Shown: positions 49,597 through 63,149 of the stretch, piece by piece
How positions within the stretch are numbered: the first letter of the stretch is position 1
Layout of the letters: every line of letters starts with the position of its first letter
Origin: Hypanus sabinus
Lineage: Eukaryota
Reading direction: 5' to 3'
Assembly: GCF_030144855.1 (NCBI RefSeq)
Contig: NC_082728.1
Span: forward strand, 42,842,001-42,906,000
Length of the DNA stretch: 64,000 bases
The notes under the pieces: generated by a model
What the model was told of the DNA's origin: nothing
The model's input: the letters and a program-made list of their open reading frames with translations, nothing else
Database searches by the model: none
Program-made: the position numbers and the translations under genes

Positions 49597-52300
49597 CTGA
49601 AAACAGAAGAGATGGCAACGAGGATCAAAATGAAATAATTGTAAGCTGACAATATCTCAGGGTGGCAGCAATGCAAAGAAACAAAGGCTTAGGAAGCAGG
49701 GTGGGTAGTGGTCATCAGCTACTGTTGGATAAGGGAGAGCATGCAGAGACTATTCCCAGAACCCAGAAATGGGATCATTAAAAGAGTGACAGAAACTTGG
49801 GAGTACATGAATACTTTCAAAGTTTGCTGATGTAGAACCTGGCTACCTGATGGAAGCCCAAGGGGTCCCACCTACATGTGCTATATTTGTATACATACTC
49901 ATGAAGCATTTGGGTTCAGAATGAGTGCTTACACTTGCTTAAGGAATTTGGCCTGACGTTTTGTGTCTTCCATTCCTCAATCAACACTTGATATTTCATA
50001 CTTAAACAACTTCTTGGGTAAGATTGTTAAATTTATTAAACAGTCAAACTAATTAGGAAAAATAATACTTGTGCTGCCGAAGGGCTTCAGACCAAAACGT
50101 CAACAGTAGTACTTTTTTTCCATTGATGCTCCCTGGCCTGCTGAGTTCCTCCAGCATTGTGTATGTTACTTATGCTGCAGTCAGTTTTGAACTTTGAATC
50201 CACACAAACCTCACTACTGATAGCACCAAACTGCAGAAAAAAACAAGGAAGTCAATTAACGAGAGACAGACCAGAAACTGGGGCTGTTCTCACTGCAACG
50301 AAGATTTGACAGAAACATTTCAAATAAAGAGTGACCAGAAAATAGAGCAACAAAGGCTATAGGATTCTTAATCATTGCTTGAAGGTACTAAAGGATTCAG
50401 GCATTTTTATTCTGGGAGATTCGTATGAAAGTGTGGCCACTAGATCCTGAATCCAGGATTACAGGAAAATGGTATTGGAAGACTGGGTTAGCTAGAGATT
50501 GCACAGTACAACTTCTGACAGACCTTCTTTAGTGTGCAGCTGTACTTCTATAAATTCAGTTCCTTAAATTATTGGTCCTATGAAAGCAGCTGCAAAGATT
50601 TGCTCAGGACAAATCAGACGGCAAAGAACACTGGTGATAACTCACATGACACCATTGTGAAGGTTAGGGTTACACAGCCATTCAAGATTAATACTGAGCA
50701 AGACTCAAAGAACAGGCCCTATATATTGATTGAGCATACACATCAAGATTGGCCTCAGAAGACAAAAGAATGTACAGATGAATGTGAACCATCAGAATCA
50801 TGAATATACTGGCACCAATTTCCTAATGGATTATTCCCAGCATCAGAACTTCCCAAATGATTCAAGTACACAGTTAGGAATGTGTCAAATAGACAACTAG
50901 TAAAATGATAAACTGTTGTATTAACAAAAATACGTAGACTTGAGAAATTAAAAATACAAAGTATCATACCACTTTTGTGAAAAGAACAGGTGAATCAATG
51001 TTTGGAAGTATTGGAATGCTTTACATTAGACATCAGAGAATTTAATTGTAACAACACAGTTCGTCATCCCTCTGATTAACTGCAGTGCACCAAAGCTTGT
51101 AATGAACACAGCAGCACTTTGAATCGATATTGTACACTGAGAGCAAGTTACCTGCTTACCTAATGTCTTAAGGACATACGCATGACCAGTAATGATAGGG
51201 GCTCAAGTCTATTCCAGCTACTTTAAGCACCACCTCCGTTTCAAGAACAAGTCACCAAGCAACCACGAAAGGTCTATGGACTCCAACTCACTAACCTCTC
51301 CCCTCACTCACCACCCACTCTGCTACCCACATGAACTCCACTCTGTAAACCTCCGTCCTGACAATCCCATCCAGTGATTTTTTTCCCTCAACTATGGAAC
51401 CCTTCCATCACTGTCAACAGGGTCGTCACTCATTTCCAGTCCACTTCTCACACATCTGCTCACCACATTCCTCTCATTTTGCACTCATCCACCTCAACTT
51501 CCTTCACTTGAACTTTGAACTTCCTTCCAGTATTGGGCTCTACTTCCTTCAAAACTCTTGAGGGTCTGTGTCATCCAGGATGTTCTGATTCACTCCCCAT
51601 CTAACACAAATTCTCCTTCCCACATAGGAATTGTCGTCTTACTTCTTCTCTCTCCGCCCCAAAGGAGATCAAGTTTCTTTTCATTAAGGAGATACTTAAG
51701 TCAATTTCATATACAGCACTCAGTGTAATTTCTCATACAACACTGGCAATACATCCAGTCTGAGAACATGGCTCCATGACTCCAATCTCCCAGTTTGATT
51801 TTCATCTTGTGCCTCCAGCACTTATCAAAATTTCAGTACAAGACCCAGCTCAGCTCAAGACCAGAAACATTATGGCCTTCTGGATTCAACATCAATTCCA
51901 ATATTTCAGATAAGCAATATCATTAAATTTTTATTTTAGATTTTCCATCTGAGAGTTTTGGGTGATTATCCAGCATTCATCACTCATCTCCAGAATGACC
52001 TGTTTCTTCACTAACCCTTAAGGACTTTAATTCACTCGCATCGTCACCCTTTGACTTTCTCTCTCCCTCTCTTTAACACCTATTACAGCCTTTTCTATGG
52101 TTCTCTCTTCCCCACTTCTGCGACACTCTGAATCTTAAAACCAATCTTGATGATCTCCATTGAGAGATCATCAACCCAAAACATTTTCTCTCCCCATAGG
52201 TGCTGCCAAACCAGTTCCAACATTCATTCTTACTCAATCTTCAGTTGTGCGTTTGTAAAGATATTAAAAATGCAATATTAAAATTATTACTTCAACTTAC

Positions 52301-52339
52301 CAGAGCCCTTTCCCGTTCCAACAATATATTTATTAAGCC
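52301..52339 (-). CDS. ELAC2: ELAC2 short exon (39 nt)
   Basis: GLINILLERERAL with tgcag|...|gtaagt sites. Matches GLPSILLQRERAL. Confidence 0.92.
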
Positions 52340-52879
52340 CTGCAACACATTAAGATGTTACTATGGAAACAATATATTGAAACAACAATGGAATTACACA
52401 AATTCAACTTCAAAATGCACTTCAACTCAATTTATGCTCATATATAGAATGTCCACAACCACATACAATCTATGCAGGGATTTAATATAAATAACAGACA
52501 AAAGGAATTTATTGGTAATTACACCCTTTGTGATTGCCATTGCATTGACAAATATTCCAGTGAAGCACTTACTTGCATCTCATCAGTAGTGGCCTCCTTT
52601 TCAAAATAAATCAATCATAGGAATATCATATGTTCCAGTAATGGTCCTAATCCGAGCTACTACATCCCAAACTCAACAACATATTCACTTTATTGCCAAG
52701 CTCACTTATAACTATTTAGGTGGGCATCTTGTACATTAAAAGCTCAAAGAACAGAATGGAGAAATAGTCATACAACATGCAAACGGGTTCTCATGCTAGC
52801 CATGGAGTACTGACCCACATTAATCCCATTTTCCAGCACACCACCCATAGACTTCAAGTGTTCACTTAAATACTTCAGT

Positions 52880-52960
52880 CAGGGATTCCCAAACTGGGCT
52901 CCATTGACCCCTTGCTTAATGGTATTTGTCCATGGCATTAAGAAAAGTTAAGAACCCCTG
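52880..52960. mobile_element. Small hAT-like MITE; a related copy lies at 61285-61340
   Basis: CAGGG(A/G)TTCCCAA...GAACCCCTG terminal inverted repeats and a shared internal CCATGGCAT(T/A)A. Confidence 0.55.
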
Positions 52961-53069
52961 TTTTAAGTGTCGATACTTCATAAGGTGTGTGTGGAGGTGG
53001 GGGGAGGCGCAGGGGTGGAATAATTCTACAGAACTTGAACATTAAATACGTGGAATTAAAGGTACTCAC

Positions 53070-53208
53070 TGTGTGATGATCAGCATGCATGTGGGACACA
53101 AAGATGATTGAGAGATTACAGAGGATCCTGTCCACATCATTACCGTAATGGCGACAGAGTTGTCCAAAGGTACCTTCACCACAGTCCAACAATATAGATC
53201 GTGTAGAG
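53070..53208 (-). CDS. ELAC2: ELAC2 exon (139 nt; metallo-beta-lactamase motif I and HxHxDH motif II)
   Basis: [46 protein letters not shown] with ttag|...|gtgagt sites. Confidence 0.97.
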
Positions 53209-53687
53209 CTAATAACAGTGTAAAACAAAAGTCACTAAGAGTGGTAGATTCCTGTAACATTACCACAATTGCTTTCCTCTTCTTATATTCTTCCAGAGAA
53301 ATGGTTTAACTTTGTACAGTTTTCTTCAGATCACCAGTAAAAATAAAAAAAACATTTCAATGAAAAACTGCACTGGATTTTAATTTCAAGCAAAGTCCAT
53401 AGTGTGGACAAACAACATATTATTTTGAAAATTCAGAAGTGTGTATGTACTAAATAGCACCTTTAAGAAAACAAAACATCCTCAACCAACTCACACACCA
53501 AATAAAATTTAGCACCAAGCTGCATTAGATCACCAGAAAAATCATTAAAAGCTGGCTTAAAAGTTGAGAAATTAAAACATGAAATGCAAAGCATAAATGC
53601 GAATCTTGTCAATTCACACAGAAAGCTTCCTTCTATACTGACATTACTTTTGAATAAAGGCTCCACAATTAATAAAAAGAGACTCAC

Positions 53688-53784
53688 TCTACATTTAGAA
53701 TGATGGAGCTAACGTTTCGAATCTTCATCGGGATCGCAGAACCAGTTCCAAGAAAGACTACTTCTGGGTATTTCTCCATATGCC
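53688..53784 (-). CDS. ELAC2: ELAC2 exon (97 nt; GTGS and PxKxRN motifs)
   Basis: [31 protein letters not shown] with ccag|...|gtgagt sites. Confidence 0.96.
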
Positions 53785-53899
53785 CTGGTGATACAAGTCA
53801 AAGATAACTCAATCCTGTTTCTATGGCCAGTGAATCTGAAGTTACAAAACACATGTTTTCTTTTCAATATAAATATTTAAAATATTTCCTTATATTCTT

Positions 53900-54225
53900 A
53901 CAAGGCTGTCATTCAGTCATCAGGTCTGTGTCAGCTCACCAAATAATCCTATTCCTGTTAACTTTCCCTGTAAAGTCATCTCCCCAAAGAGACACAGATG
54001 TGCAGCATCTTCAGTCCACTGAGTCTGCACAGATCACTAACTCTACCACCCACTATACAGCAGAGGCAATTTTCTGTGGCTAATTAACATACCAACACAC
54101 ACATCTTTGAGGCATGGAAGGAAGCAGGAACAATTGGAAGACACTAGTATAGTCCCAGGATGAATGCTGAACTCCACAAAGGCACGAGGTCAGGACTAAA
54201 CTCTACAGCTGTGCCACTATGCTCT
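53900..54225 (-). mobile_element. Degenerate tRNA-derived SINE (V-SINE/HE1-like)
   Basis: Minus strand starts GCATAGTGGCACAG, contains TGTGGAGTTCAGCATTC (V-domain-like) and ends in a LINE-like tail. Confidence 0.5.
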
Positions 54226-55135
54226 TCTGATCTTATGAACAGGAAATGCAGAAATACTTAGGGTGAGGAGAGGGCAGGATCAGGAAACATTTTTGAAGAA
54301 TTAACGAACCATCAAGAACCATTCTATCTTTGCCTCAATGCACCCAATGACTTGGTCTCCATAGCTGCTCATGGCAACAAATTTCACAGATTTACCACCC
54401 TCTGGCTAAACTAATTATTTATTGCAATTTATTTATATTTACATTTGTGCAATTTGTTGTCTTCTATGCTCTTGCTCTTTTATCGATCCTGTTTATGGTT
54501 ACTATTCTATAGATTTGTTGAGTATGCCTGCAGAAAAAAAATCTCAGGGTTGTAGCGGTGACATGTATGCACTCTGATCATAAATTTTACTTTTACTTTT
54601 TTTAAAAATTAGCTCATGCCCTGAAGTTGTGTGGTAGTGTTACAACTTGAGTAGCAGTGTTACAGCAGCCCAGCAGTTTGGTTAGCAGAAACTTTAGAAA
54701 GTAGTACAACCTCTGCAGTTATTCTAAATTTTTAAAACAACATCCTCCATCTTGTCTCAACAGCCAAGTTTCCTGCAAGGGGTAGGGAGAAACTACCAGC
54801 AGAATGGGAAAACCAATCCTGAGAAGAGTTCACAATACACCAGGAAAACCTAATTTTATTCTTGAGAAAGTAGCACTTGCTAATATTGTTTCAGAACTGC
54901 AGTTGATTTCCGAGATCAAAAGCAAATGAACTAGCCTAAAAACAAGATCATTTAATCTGATCTGAAGATGGAGAAACATTAAGGCAGCTAGCTAAGCATT
55001 TAATTTGTCCAACACAGTTCAGGTACAGCCCAAATTAGGAACAACACACCAGCTTTAAAAAAAACAAGGACAAACATTTTAAACCAGACACTTTATTTAC
55101 CAATTAAAAGTAGCCCAATGTTTGCAATGGTTTAC

Positions 55136-55257
55136 CTGATGGGAGAGCAGGGTTTGCAGCCAACACTTGTTTACATTCTTCAACTTCCTCTCTGAAGCCT
55201 GGGATTTCCATCGCTTCTTTAATAAATTCTTCTGTATCAGCATCAACTACAGCATCC
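55136..55257 (-). CDS. ELAC2: ELAC2 exon (122 nt)
   Basis: DAVVDADTEEFIKEAMEIPGFREEVEECKQVLAANPALPS with cag|...|gtaaac sites. Phases fit both neighbouring exons. Confidence 0.88.
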
Positions 55258-55659
55258 CTGCTTGAGCAAAGTAGATAAAGTGTTACTTAAAACTAAGTAG
55301 TCAAGAGCACAGAAAATGGTCATTTAGATCACCCAGTCTGTACTCCCCCCCCCCCCCCACCAATTCTCCCCATAGTCCAACGTGGAAGAAAACAAAAAAT
55401 CTCAATCACCATTTGGATCATGGACAGTACTAAGCTGGCAACTCTTTTCATCTTCTGCAGCAATGTCAAGGAGACAGAGGTACGACACAGAAATAGACCC
55501 TTCAATCCACAGACTCAATAATCCTACTCTCTGACAACAGGCTACAATCCACAAACCTGTTCCCAAAATAGTGTTTAAATTCGTAACCAAGTGCAGGATA
55601 GCTGTGTCACACAGCTGCTTAAAAAGGTGAACACAACCCAACCTGTGTTATCTAGGGAT

Positions 55660-56050
55660 GGATGAGTTGGCATTGAAGAGAGTCCAGAGGTTCGTGAGAC
55701 TTATTCAGGGAATGAAAGGGTTAACTTTGAGGCGCGTGTGATGGTTCAGAGCCTGTACTTGCTGGAGCTTAGAAGAATGAGGATGTTGCCTATAGTGAGG
55801 CAGTCCAGGACCGGAAGGCACAGTCTCAGAATAAAAGGATGCCCATTTAGAACAGATTTCTTTAGCCAGCGGGTGGTGAACCTGTGCAATTCATTGCCAC
55901 AGCTCGCTGTGGTGGCCAAGTTATTGGGTAAAGCAGAGGGTGGTAGGTTCTCGATTAGTAAGGGTTACAGGAGGAGGTAGGCGAATGGGATTGAGAACGA
56001 CAATAAATCAGCAATAATGGAATGACAAGAGCACACTCAATGGGTCGAGA
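55660..56050 (+). mobile_element. CR1 3' fragment
   Basis: SRTGRHSLRIKGCPFRT..FFSQRVVNLCNSLP. Confidence 0.8.
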
Positions 56051-56589
56051 CACACATACAGATAACTTGGGATCTCAACATGAGAATGCTTAGTACCCAT
56101 CCTCATTGGCTAACTCTCCAGGACAGAAATGATCTCCTGCTGGCACACAGCATTCCCATTATAAAGCCTGGTCAGAAACAAAGACAGGCCAACATTTTAT
56201 ATTCCTTATTATTGAAACAAGATCACATTACATATTTGTCTCAATACCAGAATAGAAGTGGGTTCTTTGCCGCTCCCTTATTTCCAATTAACTGCTCTCT
56301 TCATCCCTCACTAGGCCCAGGCCAAGATTTGCAATAATCCTAATCCTCTTCGATGCTGTGAAACCAGCATGGAAAACAATGAATAATCACACAACGAATC
56401 TCTGACAGCTGAGTAGGAAAAATATATGGTGCCTAAGATGCCATCTTGCAAAATGGCCATTCCCACCTGTACATCTCAGCCAATAATGTAGATTCCTTGT
56501 AAAACACAGAATCTGCAGTAAGAATTTTGGCAAGTCGAGGAATAAGGATTAACATTTATACAAGGTGTTAGCAGCCTGGGATGCTAATA

Positions 56590-57020
56590 CCTGCACCCCT
56601 CCATGGACTCAAATCTACAATGCTCACTGTCTTGGGAAAGCAGCCAGCATAGTCATAGGCCCCTCCCACCCTCTCATTCACTCTTCTCCCCCCCTTCTAT
56701 CGGGTAGGCAAAACAAAAAGCTGAAAACACACACCAACAGGTTCAATGACAGCTTCTGTACTGCTGTTATAATACAACAGAACAAATCTCTTTCAAAATA
56801 AAGTTGAACTCTTTACCTCACAATCTACCTCATCACGGCCCTTACATTGACCTGTACTGCACATTTTCCGTAACTGAATTATATTCTGAATTTTGCGATT
56901 GTTTTTCCTTTTAAAGAACCTCAATATACTTATGTTTTAAAATTATCTTTATAGATGACAACCAAAATAAAGTTTTTTCACTATATCTTACCACACGAGA
57001 ATAATACATCACTTTACCAA
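56590..57020 (+). mobile_element. Rex1/Babar-like 3' fragment
   Basis: IYNAHCLGKAASIVIGPSHP...LLSGR...THTNRFNDSF. Confidence 0.65.
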
Positions 57021-58356
57021 TGAGAGCTTTAATATTTAATCTGTACCTGGACACAAATATAAACATTCCTTTTTACATTTCATCTTACAGTTTTATGGGG
57101 AAAAAATCTAGCTATAATTTCTGGAAGAAAGCTTAACTTCTGGAGAGGAACTATAAAAGACTACAAGAAAAGAGATACAGTATTAAAACTTCAGGTTCAT
57201 GTTGTTTCTTTAGAACTGACGAAGCAAAATGAAACATTAACTCAAGTTTCTCTTTCACCGCATACTGCTGACCTGCTGAGTATTTCCAATGCTTTCTGTT
57301 CACAACTCAGATTTCCAGTACCTGCAATATTTTATTTTAGGGAAATAATGACTGCAGTTCTCAAGAATGAAGATGGAATCACATAAATACTAATGCCTCC
57401 AGAGTTAAAAGGAAAACTGATCAGAGATTGACTAACAATGGTAAAGCAAACCAAAAGATTTCAGTCGAAGCAATATTAGTGATCCTTAACAATGAACTCA
57501 ACTCAGTATACTGCTTTGTTAAACTTACCCAGTTATACCATAAGATACAGGAGCAGAATTAGGCCATTTACCCATTGAGCTGACTCCACCATTTGATCAT
57601 GGCTAATTTATTTTCTTTCTCAACCCCAAATGGATCCACATTTGGCCAAACTACACCCAAATTAACTTCAACCACTCAAGATAGAATCCATTGTGCATAA
57701 TTCACTTCAACCCGGATTCAATGCCATCTAATACTTAGGCACAACCTGCCACATTCTTCAGATCCCATGCAATCTATCAGTTATTTGAAAGCACGGGCTG
57801 GTAGTTACATTCATCCTTTGCTAACTTAATTCTCAAGTTATTGATTGGATTTACTTGTACAGAAGTCATTGCATTAAGTTTTCTCCTGTTTTGCATTTCT
57901 TAAAGGAACATACAGGAAGTTAGAAGAAACCAGTGCAGTGATTTAAAGTTTAGGTCGTTCTAACAAAGAACAAGCACAACATGATGAGCCACATTGTTTA
58001 CTATTGTTACAAAATGCATTAGATAGAAGGAATAGCATAAAACATGTTCCACTATTGCTCTAACTACTTTGTTACAACCTTCCATTCCTTTCTTCCTCAT
58101 GCAGTTGTCTAGCCTCTGCTATATTCTATCGGTGCTCCTCCCCTCACTACACATGGCCCTCAGTCCAAAATTTTAGCCGCTCTTTAATTAAATTGCTCCT
58201 TTGGTATTCTGCTTAAGATATATTGGTGTCTGATTTAGATACACGGACAATTGTTAATCAGAAGTCACTGGTTTTCAACAGATTGTACATTACGTTCATA
58301 CATCATCAATTCTGGTGAACAACCAGAGTAAATATACCTCACTTACATGAACTGAC

Positions 58357-58442
58357 CTTTGCCATTCAAATTTGGGTTTTAGTTGATACTTCAGCAGGCA
58401 GTGACCTCGAACAGCAGGCACAGAGAGAGTGGAAGACTCAAC
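58357..58442 (-). CDS. ELAC2: ELAC2 exon (86 nt)
   Basis: VESSTLSVPAVRGHCLLKYQLKPKFEWQ(R) with tttcag|...|gtcagt sites. Confidence 0.92.
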
Positions 58443-59611
58443 CTGAAATGACAAGGAAGTTAACTCTACTCATTCATTATTGTTTCATTTGGTTGCGAAT
58501 TAGAATGGCATGAAAAGGTCAGTGACAGCATTCAGATTTAAATTCATTTATTTATCACATGTAATTGAAACATTCAGTGAAATGCACCATTTGCGTTAAC
58601 AACCAACACAGCCTAAGGATATGCTATGGATAGCCGTGAGTGTCACCACACATTCTGGCTCCAACGTAGATTGTCCAAAATATTTTTGGATATTTTTAGT
58701 GTGAGCAGTTAGTAAAAATTGTGAGAGAGTCATCCTCAGCTTCACAAGCTGGAAGAATGATAGAGCACTTTCCTCACTTAACTTCTCTTCTCAAATTTGG
58801 TTCTTTGAACTTTACAGAATTAATATCAAAAGCAGAGCAACATGGGCTAATGCTGTTAAAAATAACATTCAGTGTCTGGTCCAGTGACCAACGCAAATCA
58901 AGAGTGGATTTTTTTTTAAATGTAAACAGGCAGCACTCACAAAAACAGAGACACTTTATGTCTGCTCTGCTGCAATTTTTCTGTTTGCCATTCTGGATAT
59001 CATGCAAGGATTTGTTATAATACTTCTTCTCATTAATGGAAAAATTGCCTATAATAAAGATTTTTTAAAAAGGCATATGCCAAAAAGACATGCCTCTAAA
59101 ACTCTGGAAACTTGGTGTACTCACAACAGTTGTTTAGTAGATTGTGCGAATGACATTTCATTCCTATTAAATGAGTCATTGAGATGGTCTATTGAAGTAA
59201 ATAATCTGTTCCAGTTTGGTGAACGTCAATATCATACTTTTTCATTTCAACCATATCTGCCATTATGTTGCTCAAGCAAACCACAGCAATATTTAAGTCA
59301 AGATATTATTTCCTAATTTAGTTACAATTCCCCATACTGATTTTAAATCCCCTCTCTCTACTTTAAGTTTGACATTATTTGCTTCTAGGCTCGCATTACT
59401 GATATAAACTCGTGTTCAAAATTGGAATCCAGTTTATCACTGACAAAGGTTGTGAAATTTGTATGTCAGTGATAGCAAACCTGATTCTTTTCATCTTTCA
59501 CAACTGTAAGATCTCCCTACAGAAATTACACGAATATTTCAGCCACTTTGTAAAGCAGAGCAGCACCACTGCAAGGAGCTATGTCAATCAAGTGATAAAA
59601 CAGACCCCTAC

Positions 59612-59750
59612 CTTGGTCTGAAAGGTTTTCAGTAGGGGGAAGATCTCTGAATGAATAAGGTTTAGCTGCGTCTGGATCTTATGGCTGCGCAAATTGTGGA
59701 TTGTTTGATTATTTTCATTGAGGATTAGATGCTCTGTGGTGGGCCCAAAC
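59612..59750 (-). CDS. ELAC2: ELAC2 exon (139 nt)
   Basis: [46 protein letters not shown] with cag|...|gtaggg sites. Confidence 0.95.
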
Positions 59751-60009
59751 CTGTGGTTAGATTAAAGTACAAGAGGTTGAAATGACCATGGGAAACAAAC
59801 ATACATAATCATAAAAGCTGAATGGCTATGATATAATGCAAGTATTATTCGTGCTGGAACCAAATTCATAATATACAGGACCACTGACCAAAAAAAAAGA
59901 CTCAAGTTCCAAATACTGCACAGCAGGTTTTCACATTAGACCAATTCCATGCAAACATAGTGATAGAGGTACAGCAAGATCCCACAAACAAGAAGAAAAT
60001 GTTAGCCCA

Positions 60010-60920
60010 CAAGACCAGAAGACATAGGATCAAATTTGTTGCACCATTCCATTGTGGCTGATTTGCTATCCCTCTCAATCCCATTCTCTTGTCCTGTCTC
60101 CTTAACTTTTGAAGCCCTTAATAATCCAGAAACTGTCAACCGCCACTTTAAGTATACTGCCCCCACACCCCTCTACGGCAATGAATTCCACAGATTTGCC
60201 ACCCTCTCACCAAAAACAGTCTTCCATCTAACGGGACATCCTTCTATTCTGAGGCTTTGCCCTCTGGTTCTGAACTTCCCCATTATAGAAATCATTCCAT
60301 CCATATCCATTCTGTCTACTTCTTTCAATACTCAATAGGTTTCAATGAGATCCCCCAACTAGATTAATTCTTGTGAACCCCCTCTGGACCTTCTTCAATG
60401 CCAACACATCCCTTTTTAAAAAAGGGGGCCCAAAAGTACTCACAAAACTTTGTGTGGGCTGACCAATGCCTTAAAAAGTCTCAGCATCACATTCTAGCTT
60501 TTGGATTCTAACCCCTTCTCAATGAATGCTAACATTGCATTTGCCTTCCTCATCACTGCCTAAACCTGCAAATCTTGCAAGACGACTGACTAACTCCCAA
60601 GTACTTCTGCACCTCTTGATTTCTGAATTTGCTCCTTTTAGAAAAATGGCCTAACTCTATATTCTTCTATCAAAATGCTTGACCAGACACTTTCCTATAC
60701 TGTATTCCATCTCCACTTCACTGTCCATTCTCCTAATCTGTCAAAAGACCTTTTCAGACACATAGCTTTCTCAAAACTGCCTGCCCTTCCATCTATCTTG
60801 GAATCATCTACAAATATGGCCGCAAGCCATCAAATCCACCATCCAAATCATTGACGTAAAACATGAAAAGAAAATGGTCCCAACACCAGCCCCTGTAGAA
60901 CACCACTCCAGTCACTGACA
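60010..60920 (-). mobile_element. CR1 3' fragment
   Basis: SGVLQGLVLGP on the minus strand and a CR1 tail near 60010-60080. Confidence 0.8.
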
Positions 60921-61883
60921 GTTAACCAGAATCCATATAGAACAGATTCAAGTAATTTTGGTGACAAAGAATACTGGTAAAGGCAGATCCTAGAATACGA
61001 GGAAACACACATAATGCTGCAGGAACTCAGCAAGTCACACAGCATCAATGGAGAGAAATGAAGAGTTACTGTTTCACTCCTGATGGAGGGTCTTAAACCG
61101 TTATGTCAACTATTTATTCCACTCCATGACTTGCTGAGCTTTTCCAGCATTCTGTGTATGCTGCTCAATACAGGTTAAAAGATTTCCAGCTCTTTTTCAA
61201 GCTACAGTATCCAATAGAAGGTTAATCAATAAAAGGCAGATGGCGTCACTGACCATCTTTCTCAGTACAATATTACCTTCAAGACAGGGGTTCCCAACCC
61301 CACCCTCACCCATGGCATAAAAACCATTTCAGAACCCCTGATTTACAATGTAATTTACAACCAAATCTTTCAGACAAGTTCAGATCTGAACATGCAATTC
61401 TGAAGTTAATTCACTAACTGAACCAAACCATCAAATCAAAACCGAGCATTTTTAAACCAGTATTTCTGGAGAAAAATTCCAAATCGCTATTAGTTCATCA
61501 ACACATTACACCATGAGCATTTCAGAAACACCCTTTGTAACCGCACATGTTCAATTCTTTTGAAACCTAAAATACTTCCACACTGAGCACAATATCTTAT
61601 TAACACAAAATACTGTATATACTGAGCTTCATATTCCAAGACCCAGAACAATAACAATGACACAATACTGGTGGAAACATGCAAGATTTATTGACATATT
61701 GAAATAGTCTAAACAGGCCTAACTATTAACGGGAAGAATTTAATGAAATAAAAAGCTCAGTTCAGCAGTTCATCCCCAAGGCAACTTCTGCCTTGATATT
61801 TATTTCTATACTGAACAAATCCATTCAGCAACATAATACACTGCAGTTGCAACTATGCAGCAAGCTTCACAGAATTCACCCAC

Positions 61884-61982
61884 CTTGCCATCCACGATTT
61901 ATAAACATCATCCGCCAAAACCGACTCAGGCACCATATGGACAACTAACGCTGTGGGGCCTTCACTTCCTCCAACCTGATAC
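61884..61982 (-). CDS. ELAC2: ELAC2 internal exon (99 nt)
   Basis: ttacag|G YQVGGSEGPTALVVHMVPESVLADDVYKSWMA AG|gtgggt. Matches ELAC2 [32 protein letters not shown]. Confidence 0.88.
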
Positions 61983-62329
61983 CTGTAATAAATACAATTT
62001 TAATAAGGTCAAAAGATGGCAGAGAAAAGAACATTGTTTAAATTAAGTATGATTGTGTTGTTTGCCTAGGTGTCATACAGTTGGAATAAAACAACATGGC
62101 ATGTGCAAGATACTTCAAGATAAAAGTTTCCAAACATTGGATAATTCTCACAGGGGAGGTAATCAAAGCAACAGGGAAATACTGGCAAAGGACATTGTAC
62201 AATTTTCCCACCTCCTTTTGCTGGGCAAGGATGGACTTCTGGCAAATATTAGAGGAAACAAAGCAGTTGTTCAAGATGGATAAATTCTAAGACAGGAGAG
62301 AGCAGTTACAAATAAGACTGGTTTCCAGG

Positions 62330-62880
62330 TGTAACAGGTTATGAAGGCGGCAAATGGAATGTCAGCCTTCATTGCAAGAGGGGCTGAATTTAAGAGCAAC
62401 CGTACAGGATACTGGTGTGGTTGTACCTGGAGTACCATATGCACCTCTGGTTTCCTTACATGGATATCACAAACAAGAGAAAATCTGCTTTGAGGATATA
62501 CTGGCTTTGGAGGCAGGTCAGAGATTTACCAGGTGGATTCCGGAAATGAGGGAATTGGTTTATGAGGACAGATTGAGTCACTTGGGACTACATTCACTGG
62601 AATTCAGAATAGATTTAGGAGAAGAAACTGTTCCCTCCCCCAGAGAGTAGTGAATTTGTTGAATTCTCTGCCAAGGGAAGCAGTAGAGGCTGCCTCATTA
62701 AATATATTTGAGATGCAGTTAGATAGGTTTTTGCTTAACAGAGGAATGAAGGATTATGGGGAAAACACATGTAGATAGAGCCAAGTCCATGGCCAGATTA
62801 GTAATGATCAGAGTGAACAACAGAATAGGCTCGAGGAGACAAGATGGCCCAGTCCTGTTCCTATTTTGTATGTTCAGATG
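62330..62880 (+). mobile_element. CR1 3' fragment
   Basis: DILALEAGQRFTRWIPEMRELVYEDRLSHLGLHSLEFR. Confidence 0.8.
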
Positions 62881-63149
62881 AGACAGTAATCAATAGTGAA
62901 GAGCTAGCTTTAATAAAAGTTGATAAATTATGCTCTGGATTCAATGTTTCAGCAGTTTAAATGAAGAGATAAACACAATTTATTGCAATCTTTGTTTTGC
63001 CAATCACGCTTGAGAAATGGAAGTTTGCCAACATTTACTCACGCTTAAGAAAAGGTAAAACTGAGAGGTACTGGGTAAACCACCTCACTTGGAATAGTGT
63101 GGGAACGCAAACATTGAACAATACAGCCCTGGTGAGGGTCATAGATAGC

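Noticed and set aside
30778-61883. Intronic snoRNA or tRNA genes in ELAC2
   Set aside because: No C/D box pair with terminal stems, H/ACA structure or cloverleaf was evident by eye. A cmscan or tRNAscan-SE run would be needed to exclude them.
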